DNA of 63,103 bases from NCBI GenBank assembly GCA_964602805.1, contig CAZRSJ010000005.1, forward strand, positions 1-63,103. Direction: 5' to 3'. This stretch comes from an uncultured Chromatiales bacterium (lineage in GTDB: Bacteria > Pseudomonadota > Gammaproteobacteria > Poriferisulfidales > Poriferisulfidaceae). The first letter of the stretch is position 1; each line of letters starts with the position of its first letter. The translations under genes and the position numbers were made by a program. The notes beneath the pieces are model-generated. The model worked only from the letters and a program-made list of their open reading frames with translations. It was not told the origin of the DNA and did no database searches. Shown piece after piece: positions 8,754 through 18,173 of this stretch.

Positions 8754-9499
8754 GAGCCCTCCGCGGCAGCACCCGAGGGGCGAAGCACGACCACCGTTCG
8801 AGTCGAAGAGCCGGCAGTCGATTTCTCCAGCTTCATGACCGAAGCGTTCCACCCTCGCGGAAGCTCATGCAGTTCCCGTTCGATGTCCAGACCCTTCGGA
8901 AACAAGTAGACGCCCTCCGCGCCGATCAGGTGTTCGCTGCATCGGACAAGTTCCCCCAGCGAACCCACCGCCCGAGCCATGACGCATTCGAACGGATCGT
9001 CCTGGTAATGCCCGACTTCGCCCGTGACGACCTCCACATTGGGAAGATCCAGTTCCAGCTTTGCCTGCCGGACGAAGCGGGTTTTCTTGCGGCTGCGGTC
9101 GAGCAGCACGAATTGACGTTCGGGGTGGACCACGGCCAGTGGCAAGCCCGGCAACCCGGCACCAGTGCCAAAATCCAGAATCCGGCGGACATCGGGCGGA
9201 AGAAAACTGAAAAGTACGAGAGAATCCAAGAGGTGCCGCGGCACGATTTCCGGTAGGGTGCGAGCGCCAATCAGGTTATACGCCCGGTTCCACTGCGCGA
9301 CAAGCCTACAGTAAGTCGACAGGGTCTTGATTTGCGCGGAGGAGAGATCCAAGCCGGAAATCCCCCGAATGCCTGCCTTCAGTTGGCGCTCCAATACGCT
9401 ATCCGGCGGCAAACCGGAAGTCGCGGAAACGGTTCGAGAGCGGCGCGTTTGGCGAGAGGGCTCCCGGGCACGGGAAGGAAGGGCCCTGCCTCCCCCCAT
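8750..9499 (-). CDS. rsmG: 16S rRNA (guanine527-N7)-methyltransferase RsmG
   Basis: SAM motif ILDFGTGAGLPGLPLA and the conserved mnmG-rsmG-parA-parB order. The N-terminus may be shorter than the ORF. Confidence 0.85.
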   Translation of the reverse strand: MGGGRALPSRAREPSRQTRRSRTVSATSGLPPDSVLERQLKAGIRGISGLDLSSAQIKTLSTYCRLVAQWNRAYNLIGARTLPEIVPRHLLDSLVLFSFLPPDVRRILDFGTGAGLPGLPLAVVHPERQFVLLDRSRKKTRFVRQAKLELDLPNVEVVTGEVGHYQDDPFECVMARAVGSLGELVRCSEHLIGAEGVYLFPKGLDIERELHELPRGWNASVMKLEKSTAGSSTRTVVVLRPSGAAAEGS

Positions 9500-9500
9500 G

Positions 9501-11333
9501 TCAGAGAACCTGTTGCCGGGTGCCGTCGGCCTTCAGGTGGATCTTCAGGATCGCGACGGCGGCAGGCGTCACTCCGGGAATGCGTGCGGCCTGCCCTAGC
9601 GTGGCGGGCCGGCAATGGCTCAGCTTCTCTCGCGCCTCGTGGGACAAGGCGGTGATCGACCGGTAGTCGATCCCGTCCGGCAAGCGACGGGTTTCATCCT
9701 TCTTGAGCCGTTCGATCTCGTGTTGATGCCGACGGATATATCCTTCGTAGCGAAGTTCGATCTCCGCCTGGCGACCGATCTCGGGACTGGCCGGCTCGTA
9801 CGCCGGAAGCATCGAGACGGCTTCCGCGTAGTTCGTTTCGGGACGCCTCAGGACATCGGCCAAACTGTCTTCACCCAGCCGAGTGGTCCGCAGTCGCCCC
9901 AATTCCTGTTCCAGCGAATCGCGCCGCTTGCAGAAAAGCTCCCAGTGCGCGTCGCAAACCAAGCCCAACTCGCGCCCAGTCTCGGTCAGGCGCAGGTCGG
10001 CATTGTCTTCCCGAAGAGTCAAGCGGTATTCGGCACGGCTGGTGAACATGCGGTACGGCTCATCCACGCCCCGTGTAATCAAGTCATCGACCAAAACACC
10101 GGCATAGGCCTCGTCGCGACGTGGCCACCAAGCCTCGCGGCCCAGGCTTTGGGCTGCCGCGTTATAGCCTGCAAGCAATCCCTGCGCTGCCGCTTCTTCG
10201 TAGCCGGTTGTGCCATTGATTTGTCCCGCCAGGTACAGGCCGGGCAAGGCCTTGCACTGCAAGGTCGGGCGCAGTTGCCGCGGATCAAAGAAGTCGTATT
10301 CGATGGCATAACCGTAACGCGTCAGTTTCACTTCCTCAAATCCCGGAATGGTCCGGACGAACCGTTCCTGCACTTCGGCCGGCAGACTGGTGGAGATCCC
10401 ATTGGGGTAGATCACATCGGTATCCAGACCTTCGGGCTCGATGAACACCTGGTGAGACGGTCGCTCGGCGAAACGGACCACCTTGTCCTCAACCGAGGGG
10501 CAGTAACGCGGCCCACGGCTATCAATGGCCCCCGTATGCATCGGCGACTGGTGCAAATGTGCGCGAATCAATTCGTGGGTCGCTTCTGTCGTCCGGGTCA
10601 GATGGCAGGACACCTGCCGCGGATGCACATCCGGCGGGCTAAGCCGAGACAGCGGCGGCGGCGGGATTTCGCCCGGCTGGACAGAAGTCTTTGCCCAATC
10701 AATAGTTTGGCCGTTTAGACGGGGAGGGGTTCCGGTCTTGAGCCGCCCGACATCGGGCAACAGTTCACGCAACCGATGCGCGAGGAGCAGGGACGGAGGA
10801 TCTCCGGCCCGACCCCCCTGGGTCTGTTCAGCCCCGATATGAATCGCGCCATCCAGGAATGTGCCGGTGGACAGCACGACTGCAGACGCCTTGATCTGGT
10901 CGCCCTCCTCGGTGAGGATGCCGCCTACCTTGCCGTCCCGTACGATCAGGTCGCCAACTGCAATTGATCGAACCTCTAGATTTTTGGCTTCGGTAACGAA
11001 ACCCTGAATCGCCTTACGGTAGAGCTTTCGGTCAGTCTGAGCGCGGGTGGCGTGCACTGCAGGCCCTTTTCTCCGGTTAAGCACCCGGACATGGATGCCG
11101 GCACGATCCGCAGCCTGCGCCATCACCCCGCCCAATGCATCAATTTCGCGCACCAGATGGCTCTTCCCGATGCCGCCAATCGCCGGGTTGCAACTCATTT
11201 GTCCGATTCCGTCGAAACGGTGAGTCAAAAGCAAGGTGCGTGCGCCGGTGCGCGCAGACGCAAGCGCCGCCTCCACGCCGGCGTGGCCGCCGCCGATGAC
11301 TAGAACGTCCCAGATGCGATTTGTGGCTGTCAT
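9501..11333 (-). CDS. mnmG: tRNA uridine 5-carboxymethylaminomethyl modification enzyme MnmG (GidA)
   Basis: 610 aa. FAD motif DVLVIGGGHAGVEAA and GidA-wide similarity (TGTFL, GQINGTTGYEEAAAQG). Confidence 0.95.
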   Translation of the reverse strand: MTATNRIWDVLVIGGGHAGVEAALASARTGARTLLLTHRFDGIGQMSCNPAIGGIGKSHLVREIDALGGVMAQAADRAGIHVRVLNRRKGPAVHATRAQTDRKLYRKAIQGFVTEAKNLEVRSIAVGDLIVRDGKVGGILTEEGDQIKASAVVLSTGTFLDGAIHIGAEQTQGGRAGDPPSLLLAHRLRELLPDVGRLKTGTPPRLNGQTIDWAKTSVQPGEIPPPPLSRLSPPDVHPRQVSCHLTRTTEATHELIRAHLHQSPMHTGAIDSRGPRYCPSVEDKVVRFAERPSHQVFIEPEGLDTDVIYPNGISTSLPAEVQERFVRTIPGFEEVKLTRYGYAIEYDFFDPRQLRPTLQCKALPGLYLAGQINGTTGYEEAAAQGLLAGYNAAAQSLGREAWWPRRDEAYAGVLVDDLITRGVDEPYRMFTSRAEYRLTLREDNADLRLTETGRELGLVCDAHWELFCKRRDSLEQELGRLRTTRLGEDSLADVLRRPETNYAEAVSMLPAYEPASPEIGRQAEIELRYEGYIRRHQHEIERLKKDETRRLPDGIDYRSITALSHEAREKLSHCRPATLGQAARIPGVTPAAVAILKIHLKADGTRQQVL

Positions 11334-11371
11334 TGCGCCGCTTAATATAGATGGAATCTGGAAATTCGGGG

Positions 11372-11426
11372 AAATGTCCGATATAATAATTTATATATTC
11401 TATACTTTTCGGACATTTATCGGACA
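11372..11426. promoter_or_regulatory. operator-like repeats in the AT-rich mnmG / wHTH-gene divergent intergenic region
   Basis: Perfect 10-bp inverted repeat AAATGTCCGA (11372-11381) / TCGGACATTT (11409-11418). A third TCGGACA half-site at 11420-11426 sits 11 bp after the second. Confidence 0.45.
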
Positions 11427-11432
11427 ATAAAG

Positions 11433-11918
11433 ATGCGCCAAGAACAGCATAAGTTATTGTCTAGGCTGGAAAAACTAGGGCGACCAGCGTTGATTTCAGA
11501 ACTACGTGAAGGATTCCGTGTCAATGATCGGACCTTGCGTCGTTGGTTGCTCGCGCTATGCGACGAAGGAGAGGTCGAGGCAATCGGATCCAACAAAGGA
11601 AGGCGGTACCGACTCGCAGCACCGCCGAAGGCGGACCCGCAAATCGAGGACGGGACTCTTGATGAACTGCAACAGGAACTGCTGTGCGAAGCAATCCGCG
11701 ACATCGTTTGCGGGCGCACCCTGACAACCCTTCTCACGGAGCGCATTCGAACCCTTCTTCCGGCCCCGGTCCGCCCAGGCTTTATCGATAACACCCTGCA
11801 ACGCCTTCAATCGGTGACAAGTCAGGAAGCAGAATCACTCGGAATCTCCCCGGAGGCATTCGAACGCTGGCGCCATCTACAATGCTCTATCGAATCCGGG
11901 CAACCGGCCGCCGATTGA
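11433..11918 (+). CDS. hypothetical protein with N-terminal winged-helix-like segment
   Basis: 161 aa. N-terminus LLSRLEKLGRPALISELREGFRVNDRTLRRWLLALCDEGEVEAIG resembles a wHTH. No other motif recognised. Confidence 0.5.
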   Translation: MRQEQHKLLSRLEKLGRPALISELREGFRVNDRTLRRWLLALCDEGEVEAIGSNKGRRYRLAAPPKADPQIEDGTLDELQQELLCEAIRDIVCGRTLTTLLTERIRTLLPAPVRPGFIDNTLQRLQSVTSQEAESLGISPEAFERWRHLQCSIESGQPAAD

Positions 11919-11931
11919 CCCGAATCCCGCC

Positions 11932-12636
11932 ATGACTCTCCGTTTTCTTTCCATCGAGCACGTGCCACAAGAGGGAGTGGGCACAATTTCTTCGTATATT
12001 CAAGAGCTTGGTGGAAACCTGACCCGGCACAGGCAATACCATCAACAACCCCTGTCCGCATTCCACAACGACTACGACGTACTGGTGGCAATGGGGGGAC
12101 CGATGGGTGTACACGACTCCGACCAGCATTCCTGGCTCGATGGTGAACTGCACTTCATCCGCGAAGCGATTAATCAGGGCAAACACGTCCTCGGCATCTG
12201 TCTCGGTGCCCAGATGATTGCCAGGGCCTTGGGCGCGGAGGTTCGAAAAAACCCCTGCACGGAAATCGGCTGGTTCCCGGTTCATTTCGAGAACGCCTTT
12301 CTGGAAACCCGGATCGGGCAGGGGCTCAACCGGCAAATGGACGTCTTGCACTGGCACGGGGACACCTTTTCCATCCCTCCGGGCGCGGTGCAGGTCGCGA
12401 GCAGCGAGGCCTGCGCCAACCAAGGATTCCTGTACGAAGGGAAAGTGCTGGGGCTTCAGTTCCACCTGGAGATGGGAACGGAAGAAGTGGACGTGATGAC
12501 CGAGCATTTCGAGGATGAACTGGTGCCCGACAAATTCGTCCAGGGCGGGGAAGAGATCCGAACGCGAACCGAGGAATGCGCCGCACCGGCGCGGCAAGCC
12601 TTGTTCTCTATCTTGGACGGATGGCTGGAACGTTAA
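11932..12636 (+). CDS. class I glutamine amidotransferase (GATase1, GMP-synthase-like)
   Basis: 234 aa. Nucleophile elbow VLGICLGAQMIA and downstream HWHGD / QFHLE motifs. Confidence 0.8.
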   Translation: MTLRFLSIEHVPQEGVGTISSYIQELGGNLTRHRQYHQQPLSAFHNDYDVLVAMGGPMGVHDSDQHSWLDGELHFIREAINQGKHVLGICLGAQMIARALGAEVRKNPCTEIGWFPVHFENAFLETRIGQGLNRQMDVLHWHGDTFSIPPGAVQVASSEACANQGFLYEGKVLGLQFHLEMGTEEVDVMTEHFEDELVPDKFVQGGEEIRTRTEECAAPARQALFSILDGWLER

Positions 12637-12721
12637 CTGAGGTAGCCTTAAAAAGAATCTTATTTATCAATGAATTAGAATCTATCACGCATTGCCTTTT
12701 TCTCTATATGTGATCCAAGAA

Positions 12722-12747
12722 AAACGCCCAGCCGAAGCTGGGCGTTT
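12722..12747. terminator. bidirectional rho-independent terminator
   Basis: Perfect 11-bp stem aaacgcccagc / gctgggcgttt with loop cgaa. A-run upstream and T-run downstream, between convergent genes. Confidence 0.75.
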
Positions 12748-12779
12748 AATTTTTGAGGCTAGTTTTATGTTCGACTAAA

Positions 12780-13319
12780 TTACTCCGACGACAGCATTCC
12801 ACCGACTTTACCGGAGATCATGCCAAAGACGGCGCCAACGACAACGGATATCGCGACGACGACCAAGGCGTTTGAAGTACCAGCAGAGCTTAAGGCTTCC
12901 ATAGTAAACGCACCCTCAGTTTGCAGCGCATAGGCTGCAACGCTTGCATAGCCCAAAACACTTGCTGGGATTGAGGAGAAGTATTCGACATGGGCCAACA
13001 GGCACATGACTAGAACACTACCAGCTACTACGATTCCTGCCCAGATGGGAACAGTCAACGCTTCGCCTAACGGGATCGATAGGATAACGAGTAATGCTAC
13101 CCAAGCAACCACCGCACCAAGAATACCGCAAACAATCGTGTTTTGCAATGCTTTTTGGTCTCCCCCTATTGCGAAATAACAGGCCCAAGCAATGAAAGCT
13201 ACCCAAATGAGGACGATTCCGGCTAATGGACCCAAACTTAGTGCCGTTGCGACACCACCTAGAACACCGATGCTGACCGATAATGCGACAAGACTTGACA
13301 TGGTCATACCTCCTGTCAA
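12780..13319 (-). CDS. DUF1097-like inner membrane protein
   Basis: 179 aa, very hydrophobic, several predicted TM helices (GVLGGVATALSLGPLAGIVLIWVAFIAWACYFAIGG). The family call is by resemblance only. Confidence 0.55.
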   Translation of the reverse strand: MTGGMTMSSLVALSVSIGVLGGVATALSLGPLAGIVLIWVAFIAWACYFAIGGDQKALQNTIVCGILGAVVAWVALLVILSIPLGEALTVPIWAGIVVAGSVLVMCLLAHVEYFSSIPASVLGYASVAAYALQTEGAFTMEALSSAGTSNALVVVAISVVVGAVFGMISGKVGGMLSSE

Positions 13320-13555
13320 ATTGTGTTATCGACCGCGTCCAGTCTGATCCAACGTCCAGCCGAACGACGATCTACCCCGTATTGTACATGGTATGGATTT
13401 CCGCAAGTACCACTTTCGAGTGAGTCAATTCGAACGTCAACCGTGCCGGGAAAAATCCCAGGCGCGACTCCCTGATTTTCCCGTTTCGCAGCACCGACCA
13501 CAGACCAAAACCTGTCAACGTCCCCATCTCTATAGGCACCGGAAAAAGCGCGTGG

Positions 13556-13583
13556 TTGACATTGGCGGCAGTTGACCTATGAT
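13556..13583 (+). promoter_or_regulatory. sigma70-type promoter candidate for rpmH operon
   Basis: TTGACA (13556-13561), 16-nt spacer, TATGAT (13578-13583). It lies 25 nt upstream of the rpmH ATG. Confidence 0.5.
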
Positions 13584-13607
13584 GCGCACCCGGTTGCAGT
13601 TCCGACC

Positions 13608-13742
13608 ATGAAACGAACCTTTCAGCCCAACAATTTGCGCCGCAAGCGGACGCACGGATTCCGTGCTCGCATGCGGACTCGTGCCGGGCGCGCCATTCTT
13701 AATGCCCGGCGCCGCCGCGGTCGTGCGCGACTCATCCCCTGA
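13608..13742 (+). CDS. rpmH: 50S ribosomal protein L34
   Basis: Absent from the ORF track (44 aa). My translation is [44 protein letters not shown], a classic L34 sequence. Confidence 0.95.
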   Translation: MKRTFQPNNLRRKRTHGFRARMRTRAGRAILNARRRRGRARLIP

Positions 13743-14103
13743 ACCGGAAGAAGCCCCCGGGCGATTCTCTTTCCCGCGCAGCCGTAGGCTGGTTCATTCG
13801 CATCAGTTCCAGAATGTCTACCGGCACCGGAAGACGAAGCGTGCGCATGGCCGCATCGTTTCTTGCGTGTGGGTGCCGAACGGACAACCGGCAGCACGCC
13901 TCGGGCTCGCTGTCTCGAAACGCGCGCTGCGACGCAGCTCTGCCCGCAACACGTTCAAGCGTCTGGTGCGGGAACACTTTCGGCTCCATCCTTTGTCCGG
14001 AATGGATTTGATCGTCAGCTGCCGCCGAGATGTCCGCCCCCCGCTCGACCGGCGGGCGATCCGTCTTGAGCTTGCCGACCTTTGGGACAGGATCAAGCCA
14101 TGA
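13723..14103 (+). CDS. rnpA: ribonuclease P protein component
   Basis: Frame of ORF 13663..14103. RnpA-like [17 protein letters not shown] ... [24 protein letters not shown]. The start is uncertain: GTG 13723 inside the rpmH 3' end is the first canonical start near the expected N-terminus. Confidence 0.8.
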   Translation: MRDSSPEPEEAPGRFSFPRSRRLVHSHQFQNVYRHRKTKRAHGRIVSCVWVPNGQPAARLGLAVSKRALRRSSARNTFKRLVREHFRLHPLSGMDLIVSCRRDVRPPLDRRAIRLELADLWDRIKP

Positions 14104-14333
14104 CCCGTCTTCTCATCGGCCTGTTGCGCGCCTACCAATACCTGCTCAGTCCGTTTTTCGGACAGCACTGCAGGTTTACGCCAACCTGCTCGCAGTACGC
14201 CATCGACGCTCTGCGCGAACATGGCCCTTGGCGCGGCAGCATGCTCGCGGCAAGGCGCGTGCTGCGTTGCCATCCCTGGCATCCGGGGGGATTGGATCCG
14301 GTGCCGGAACGGAGGCGCACCCATGGGTGGTGA
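14100..14333 (+). CDS. yidD: membrane protein insertion efficiency factor YidD
   Basis: [46 protein letters not shown] overlap with the rnpA stop. Confidence 0.9.
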   Translation: MTRLLIGLLRAYQYLLSPFFGQHCRFTPTCSQYAIDALREHGPWRGSMLAARRVLRCHPWHPGGLDPVPERRRTHGW

Positions 14334-16014
14334 CCCCCGGCTGTTCCTGTACGGCGCCCTCGCCATCATGCTGTTCCTGGTCTGGCAGACCTGGGAACTG
14401 GAGAAGGCTCCTCTTACGTCCACGCAAGTTTCGCAGCAGCAGCCGGCCCCGACGGAAGGGGCTCCGGACATGCCGGCACCCCGAGCAGAGGATATGCCCG
14501 AGGCCCGGCAGGCCGAACCTGCCGCCGATCTTCCTAACGAAGCATTGCCCGAACGCCGTGACTGGATCAAGGTGCGTACGGATGTGCTGGACCTGCGTAT
14601 CGACACCGTGGGCGGAAACGTCATGCAGGCAGACCTGCCCCAGTACCCGGTCTCCCTCGAAAAGCCGGACGTTCCCACGCGACTCTTGTATGTCGGCAAT
14701 GAAAAATATGTCGTGCAGAGCGGGCTGACACACGACACAAGCGGCGATCTGGATCTCAGCCACCGAGCACCCAGTCATCATTCGTCCTATCAGGTCGATC
14801 GGCTGCAGTACGATTTTTCCGAGGCGGCCGAACCGAAAACCGTCACCCTGCGTTGGGACGGGCCGGACGGCATCCAGGTGCTCAAGCATTTCCACTTCAC
14901 GCCGGGCCATTACCTAGTCGACGTCACGCATGAAGTACGCAACCAGGGAGCAGAAGACTGGGTCGGGCGGCAATACCGCCAGTTGCGACGCAGCGCCGGC
15001 CGCGCGCCAGACCGAACCTCACTCCTGTTCGGCAACACCGAGGCCATTTCCTTTATTGGTGCGGCCTATCACGATTCCGAGACCTATCACAAATTGTCGT
15101 TCGAGGACATGGACGAGGAGCCGTTCAGCGCAAACCTGATGGACGGATGGGTGGCCATGCTGCAGCACTATTTCGTCTCCGCCTGGGTGCCTCCGCGCGG
15201 GGATGTCGAACGGTACTACACCCGGGTCGTGCGCGGAGGGCGTTATCCCGAATACATCATCGGCATGCATTCACCCGCCCAGCGCATCGCGCCTGGAGCC
15301 AGCGCCCGGTTTTCCTCACAACTGTACGTCGGACCGAAAGAGCAAAACAAACTCAAGGAGATTGCCGACGGCCTGGAATTGACCGTGGACTATGGCATCC
15401 TCACGATCCTGTCGAAACCCCTGTTCTGGGTCCTGGACAACATCTACTGGCTGACCGGAAACTGGGGCTGGTCGATCGTGCTGCTGACGGTCCTGATCAA
15501 ACTGGTGTTCTACAAACTGTCCGAGACCAGCTACCGATCAATGGCGAAGATGCGCAAGTTCGCGCCGCGGGTGCAGCAGTTGCGCGAACGCTACGGCAGC
15601 GACCGCGTGAAGATGAACGAGGCGATGATGAAGATGTACCGGGAGGAGAAGGTCAACCCGCTGGGCGGCTGCTGGCCGATCCTCGTGCAAATCCCGGTCT
15701 TCATCGCACTGTACTGGGTGCTTCTGGAAAGCGTGGAATTGCGGCAGGCCCCGTTTATCGCCTGGATTCATGACTTGTCGGTGCGCGATCCGTACTACGT
15801 CCTTCCGGTGCTCATGGGTGCCAGCATGGTTGTGCAGACCAAGCTCAACCCGACCCCCCCGGATCCGTTCCAGGCCAAGCTGATGATGGCCTTGCCGATC
15901 GTGTTCACGGTCTTCTTCCTGTTCTTCCCGGCCGGGCTGGTCCTGTACTGGCTGGTCAACAACCTGCTCTCGATCGCCCAGCAGTGGTTCATCATCCGGC
16001 GCATGGACGCGTAG
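14323..16014 (+). CDS. yidC: membrane protein insertase YidC
   Basis: Internal Met of ORF 14221..16014 ([25 protein letters not shown]), large periplasmic domain, conserved C-terminal core ([35 protein letters not shown]). Confidence 0.93.
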   Translation: MGGDPRLFLYGALAIMLFLVWQTWELEKAPLTSTQVSQQQPAPTEGAPDMPAPRAEDMPEARQAEPAADLPNEALPERRDWIKVRTDVLDLRIDTVGGNVMQADLPQYPVSLEKPDVPTRLLYVGNEKYVVQSGLTHDTSGDLDLSHRAPSHHSSYQVDRLQYDFSEAAEPKTVTLRWDGPDGIQVLKHFHFTPGHYLVDVTHEVRNQGAEDWVGRQYRQLRRSAGRAPDRTSLLFGNTEAISFIGAAYHDSETYHKLSFEDMDEEPFSANLMDGWVAMLQHYFVSAWVPPRGDVERYYTRVVRGGRYPEYIIGMHSPAQRIAPGASARFSSQLYVGPKEQNKLKEIADGLELTVDYGILTILSKPLFWVLDNIYWLTGNWGWSIVLLTVLIKLVFYKLSETSYRSMAKMRKFAPRVQQLRERYGSDRVKMNEAMMKMYREEKVNPLGGCWPILVQIPVFIALYWVLLESVELRQAPFIAWIHDLSVRDPYYVLPVLMGASMVVQTKLNPTPPDPFQAKLMMALPIVFTVFFLFFPAGLVLYWLVNNLLSIAQQWFIIRRMDA

Positions 16015-16027
16015 TGCCGCAACCGGC

Positions 16028-17362
16028 ATGAATTCCGGCGACACGATCGTCGCTTTGTCCACCCCGCCCGGGCGCGGCGCACTCGCCCTGATTCGCGCGA
16101 GTGGCCCCCAGGTTCCAGATCTGACCCGCCAACTCAATGGTGGGGTGCTTCCCGCACCTCGCACCGCTTCTCTTCGGGTACTCCACGATGCCGAGGGCCG
16201 CACGCTGGATCAGGGCGTGCTGACGTTCTACCCGGCCCCCGCTTCGGCCACCGGCGAAGACGTGCTGGAAATCTCCTGCCATGGTGCACCCGCAGTCGTC
16301 GAGACCTTGCTGTTCCGTTTGCGTTCGCTGGGTGCACGCCCGGCCGAACCCGGCGAATTCAGCCGCCGGGCATTCGAGGCCGGAAAGATGGACCTGGCCC
16401 AGGCCCAGGCAGTCGCCGATCTTGTCGCCGCGACCACGGGACGGGCGGCCCGGTGCGCTGCGAGAGTGCTAAAAGGCGATATTTCACGGGAAATTGCATC
16501 TATTTTGCAGGAAATTGTCGATATCAGGGTCTATATTGAAGGGGCTTTGGACTTTCCTGACGAAGATGTGGACTGGTTGGCGGAATCCGATTTCAGTACC
16601 CGGATATCGGCACTTTCTGACCAAGTGGGGCAATTGGTTTGTCGGGCACGACAAGGGCGGACAGTCGCCACGGGAATCCGCTTGGCATTACTCGGCCCGC
16701 CCAATGTCGGCAAATCCAGCCTGCTTAATCATTTCACCGGTGCCGACACGGCAATCGTAACCGCGCAGCCCGGCACCACCCGGGACGTGCTGACGGCCTC
16801 GTTCCAGATTGACGGCATTCCACTGATCCTGGCCGACACCGCCGGCATTCGTGCGGCGGAGGCCGAAGCGGAGGTTGAGGGAATCCGCCGCAGTTGGCGC
16901 GCCGCCGAAGAAGCCGACCTGATTTTGCAGATGTTCGACGCTCATGCCGGCTGGAGTGAAGACGATCAAGAAATAAAGAATCGCTTGCCGGGACGCCCCG
17001 CCTTGATTCTGGCCAACAAATGCGACTTGCTGCCCGACGGGGTCCCCGGATCCGGACCCGAAGAAGCCATTCGCCTGTCGGCGAAATTTGGCCACGGAAT
17101 CGAAACGCTCAAGCAACAGATTATCCAGATGCTGGAACTTGAAAATGCGTTGGAGGAAGATGAATTCATGGCGCACCAGCGACAGATCGATGCCTTGCTC
17201 GAGACCGGCGAAGCACTGAAACGCGCCGCCCGAGCCCAGGGTGGCGAATTGATTGCGGAAGAACTTCGCCTCGCACAGGAGGCCTTGGGCACCTTGACCG
17301 GCGAATTCACCGCCGACGATCTGCTCGGAGAAATCTTCAGCCGGTTCTGCATCGGAAAATGA
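16028..17362 (+). CDS. mnmE: tRNA modification GTPase MnmE (TrmE)
   Basis: 444 aa. DTIVALSTPPGRGALALIR N-terminus, G1 GPPNVGKSSLLN, DTAGIR, C-terminal FCIGK. Confidence 0.95.
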   Translation: MNSGDTIVALSTPPGRGALALIRASGPQVPDLTRQLNGGVLPAPRTASLRVLHDAEGRTLDQGVLTFYPAPASATGEDVLEISCHGAPAVVETLLFRLRSLGARPAEPGEFSRRAFEAGKMDLAQAQAVADLVAATTGRAARCAARVLKGDISREIASILQEIVDIRVYIEGALDFPDEDVDWLAESDFSTRISALSDQVGQLVCRARQGRTVATGIRLALLGPPNVGKSSLLNHFTGADTAIVTAQPGTTRDVLTASFQIDGIPLILADTAGIRAAEAEAEVEGIRRSWRAAEEADLILQMFDAHAGWSEDDQEIKNRLPGRPALILANKCDLLPDGVPGSGPEEAIRLSAKFGHGIETLKQQIIQMLELENALEEDEFMAHQRQIDALLETGEALKRAARAQGGELIAEELRLAQEALGTLTGEFTADDLLGEIFSRFCIGK

Positions 17363-17446
17363 CAACCCTGTTTCTTGTCATAAGTCGGTAACAGCAAGCC
17401 CCCATACTCTCCCGGCACCGCACCTGCGGTTGATCGAATCCCTTCC

Positions 17447-18118
17447 ATGCAAGCAACTCTAGCCCGGCGCCTGACCGCCGAATTCCTCGGCACACTCTTC
17501 CTGCTGGCCACTGTGGTCGGGTCCGGCATCATGGGCGAGACTTTGTCTGGCGGCAACGACGCCATCGCGCTTCTCGGCAACACGCTCGCGACCGGCGCCA
17601 TCCTTGCCGTGTTGATCCTGGTTTACGGCCCGGTCTCGGGGGGCCATTTCAATCCCGCGGTCACTCTCGGGTTCCTGATCCGCAGGGAAATCACCCCGAG
17701 CACGTCCCTCGCTTACGTGTCCGTGCAGATTGCCGGAGGGTTGTGCGGGGTCTGGCTCGCGCATGTCATGTTCGGTGAGCCGGCGTTCACGGCATCGCTC
17801 AACGCGCGCACCGGCATTGGCGTCTGGGTCGGCGAATTCATGGCGACTTTCGGTCTTTTGGCCACCATACTCGGATGCTTGCGCTACTGCGCGGCCGCAG
17901 TGCCATACGCGGTCGGGTTGTTTATCTCCGCCGGCTACTGGTTCACTTCATCGACTTCCTTCGCAAACCCTGCCGTTACGATCGCCCGTTCGTTCACTGA
18001 TACGTTCTCTGGAATACGGCCGGAAGACGCCCCGTGGTTCATCCTCGTGCAACTGTTCGGAGCCATCGTGGCCACCATAGTGATGGGCTGGCTGCTTCAC
18101 AAGCCTGCCGAGAAGTAG
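17447..18118 (+). CDS. MIP/aquaporin family channel
   Basis: 223 aa with two NPA boxes (GGHFNPAVTLG and FANPAVTIARS). Confidence 0.88.
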   Translation: MQATLARRLTAEFLGTLFLLATVVGSGIMGETLSGGNDAIALLGNTLATGAILAVLILVYGPVSGGHFNPAVTLGFLIRREITPSTSLAYVSVQIAGGLCGVWLAHVMFGEPAFTASLNARTGIGVWVGEFMATFGLLATILGCLRYCAAAVPYAVGLFISAGYWFTSSTSFANPAVTIARSFTDTFSGIRPEDAPWFILVQLFGAIVATIVMGWLLHKPAEK

Positions 18119-18140
18119 AATACAGTTCGGGTTTTAACGC

Positions 18141-18170
18141 CTCCGCCAACGCTGGCGGAGCCTTGTTTTT
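18141..18170 (+). terminator. rho-independent terminator/attenuator after aquaporin gene
   Basis: 8-bp stem ctccgcca / tggcggag, loop acgc, then ccttgttttt. It ends 4 nt before the symporter start. Confidence 0.55.
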
Positions 18171-18173
18171 CCG

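Noticed and set aside
11334-11432. AT-rich mnmG-adjacent intergenic region as oriC (by analogy with E. coli gidA-oriC-mioC)
   Set aside because: It is only 99 bp. I saw no TTATCCACA-like DnaA boxes and no 13-mer AT-rich repeats. The repeats present look like a transcription-factor operator instead.
13320-13607. rpmH upstream region as oriC (Pseudomonas-type location)
   Set aside because: No dnaA gene is adjacent and no DnaA-box-like 9-mers were found by eye. It contains a consensus-like promoter instead.
13818-14738. 306-aa minus-strand ORF across rnpA-yidD-yidC
   Set aside because: It is antisense to three well-supported conserved genes and its product has no motifs.
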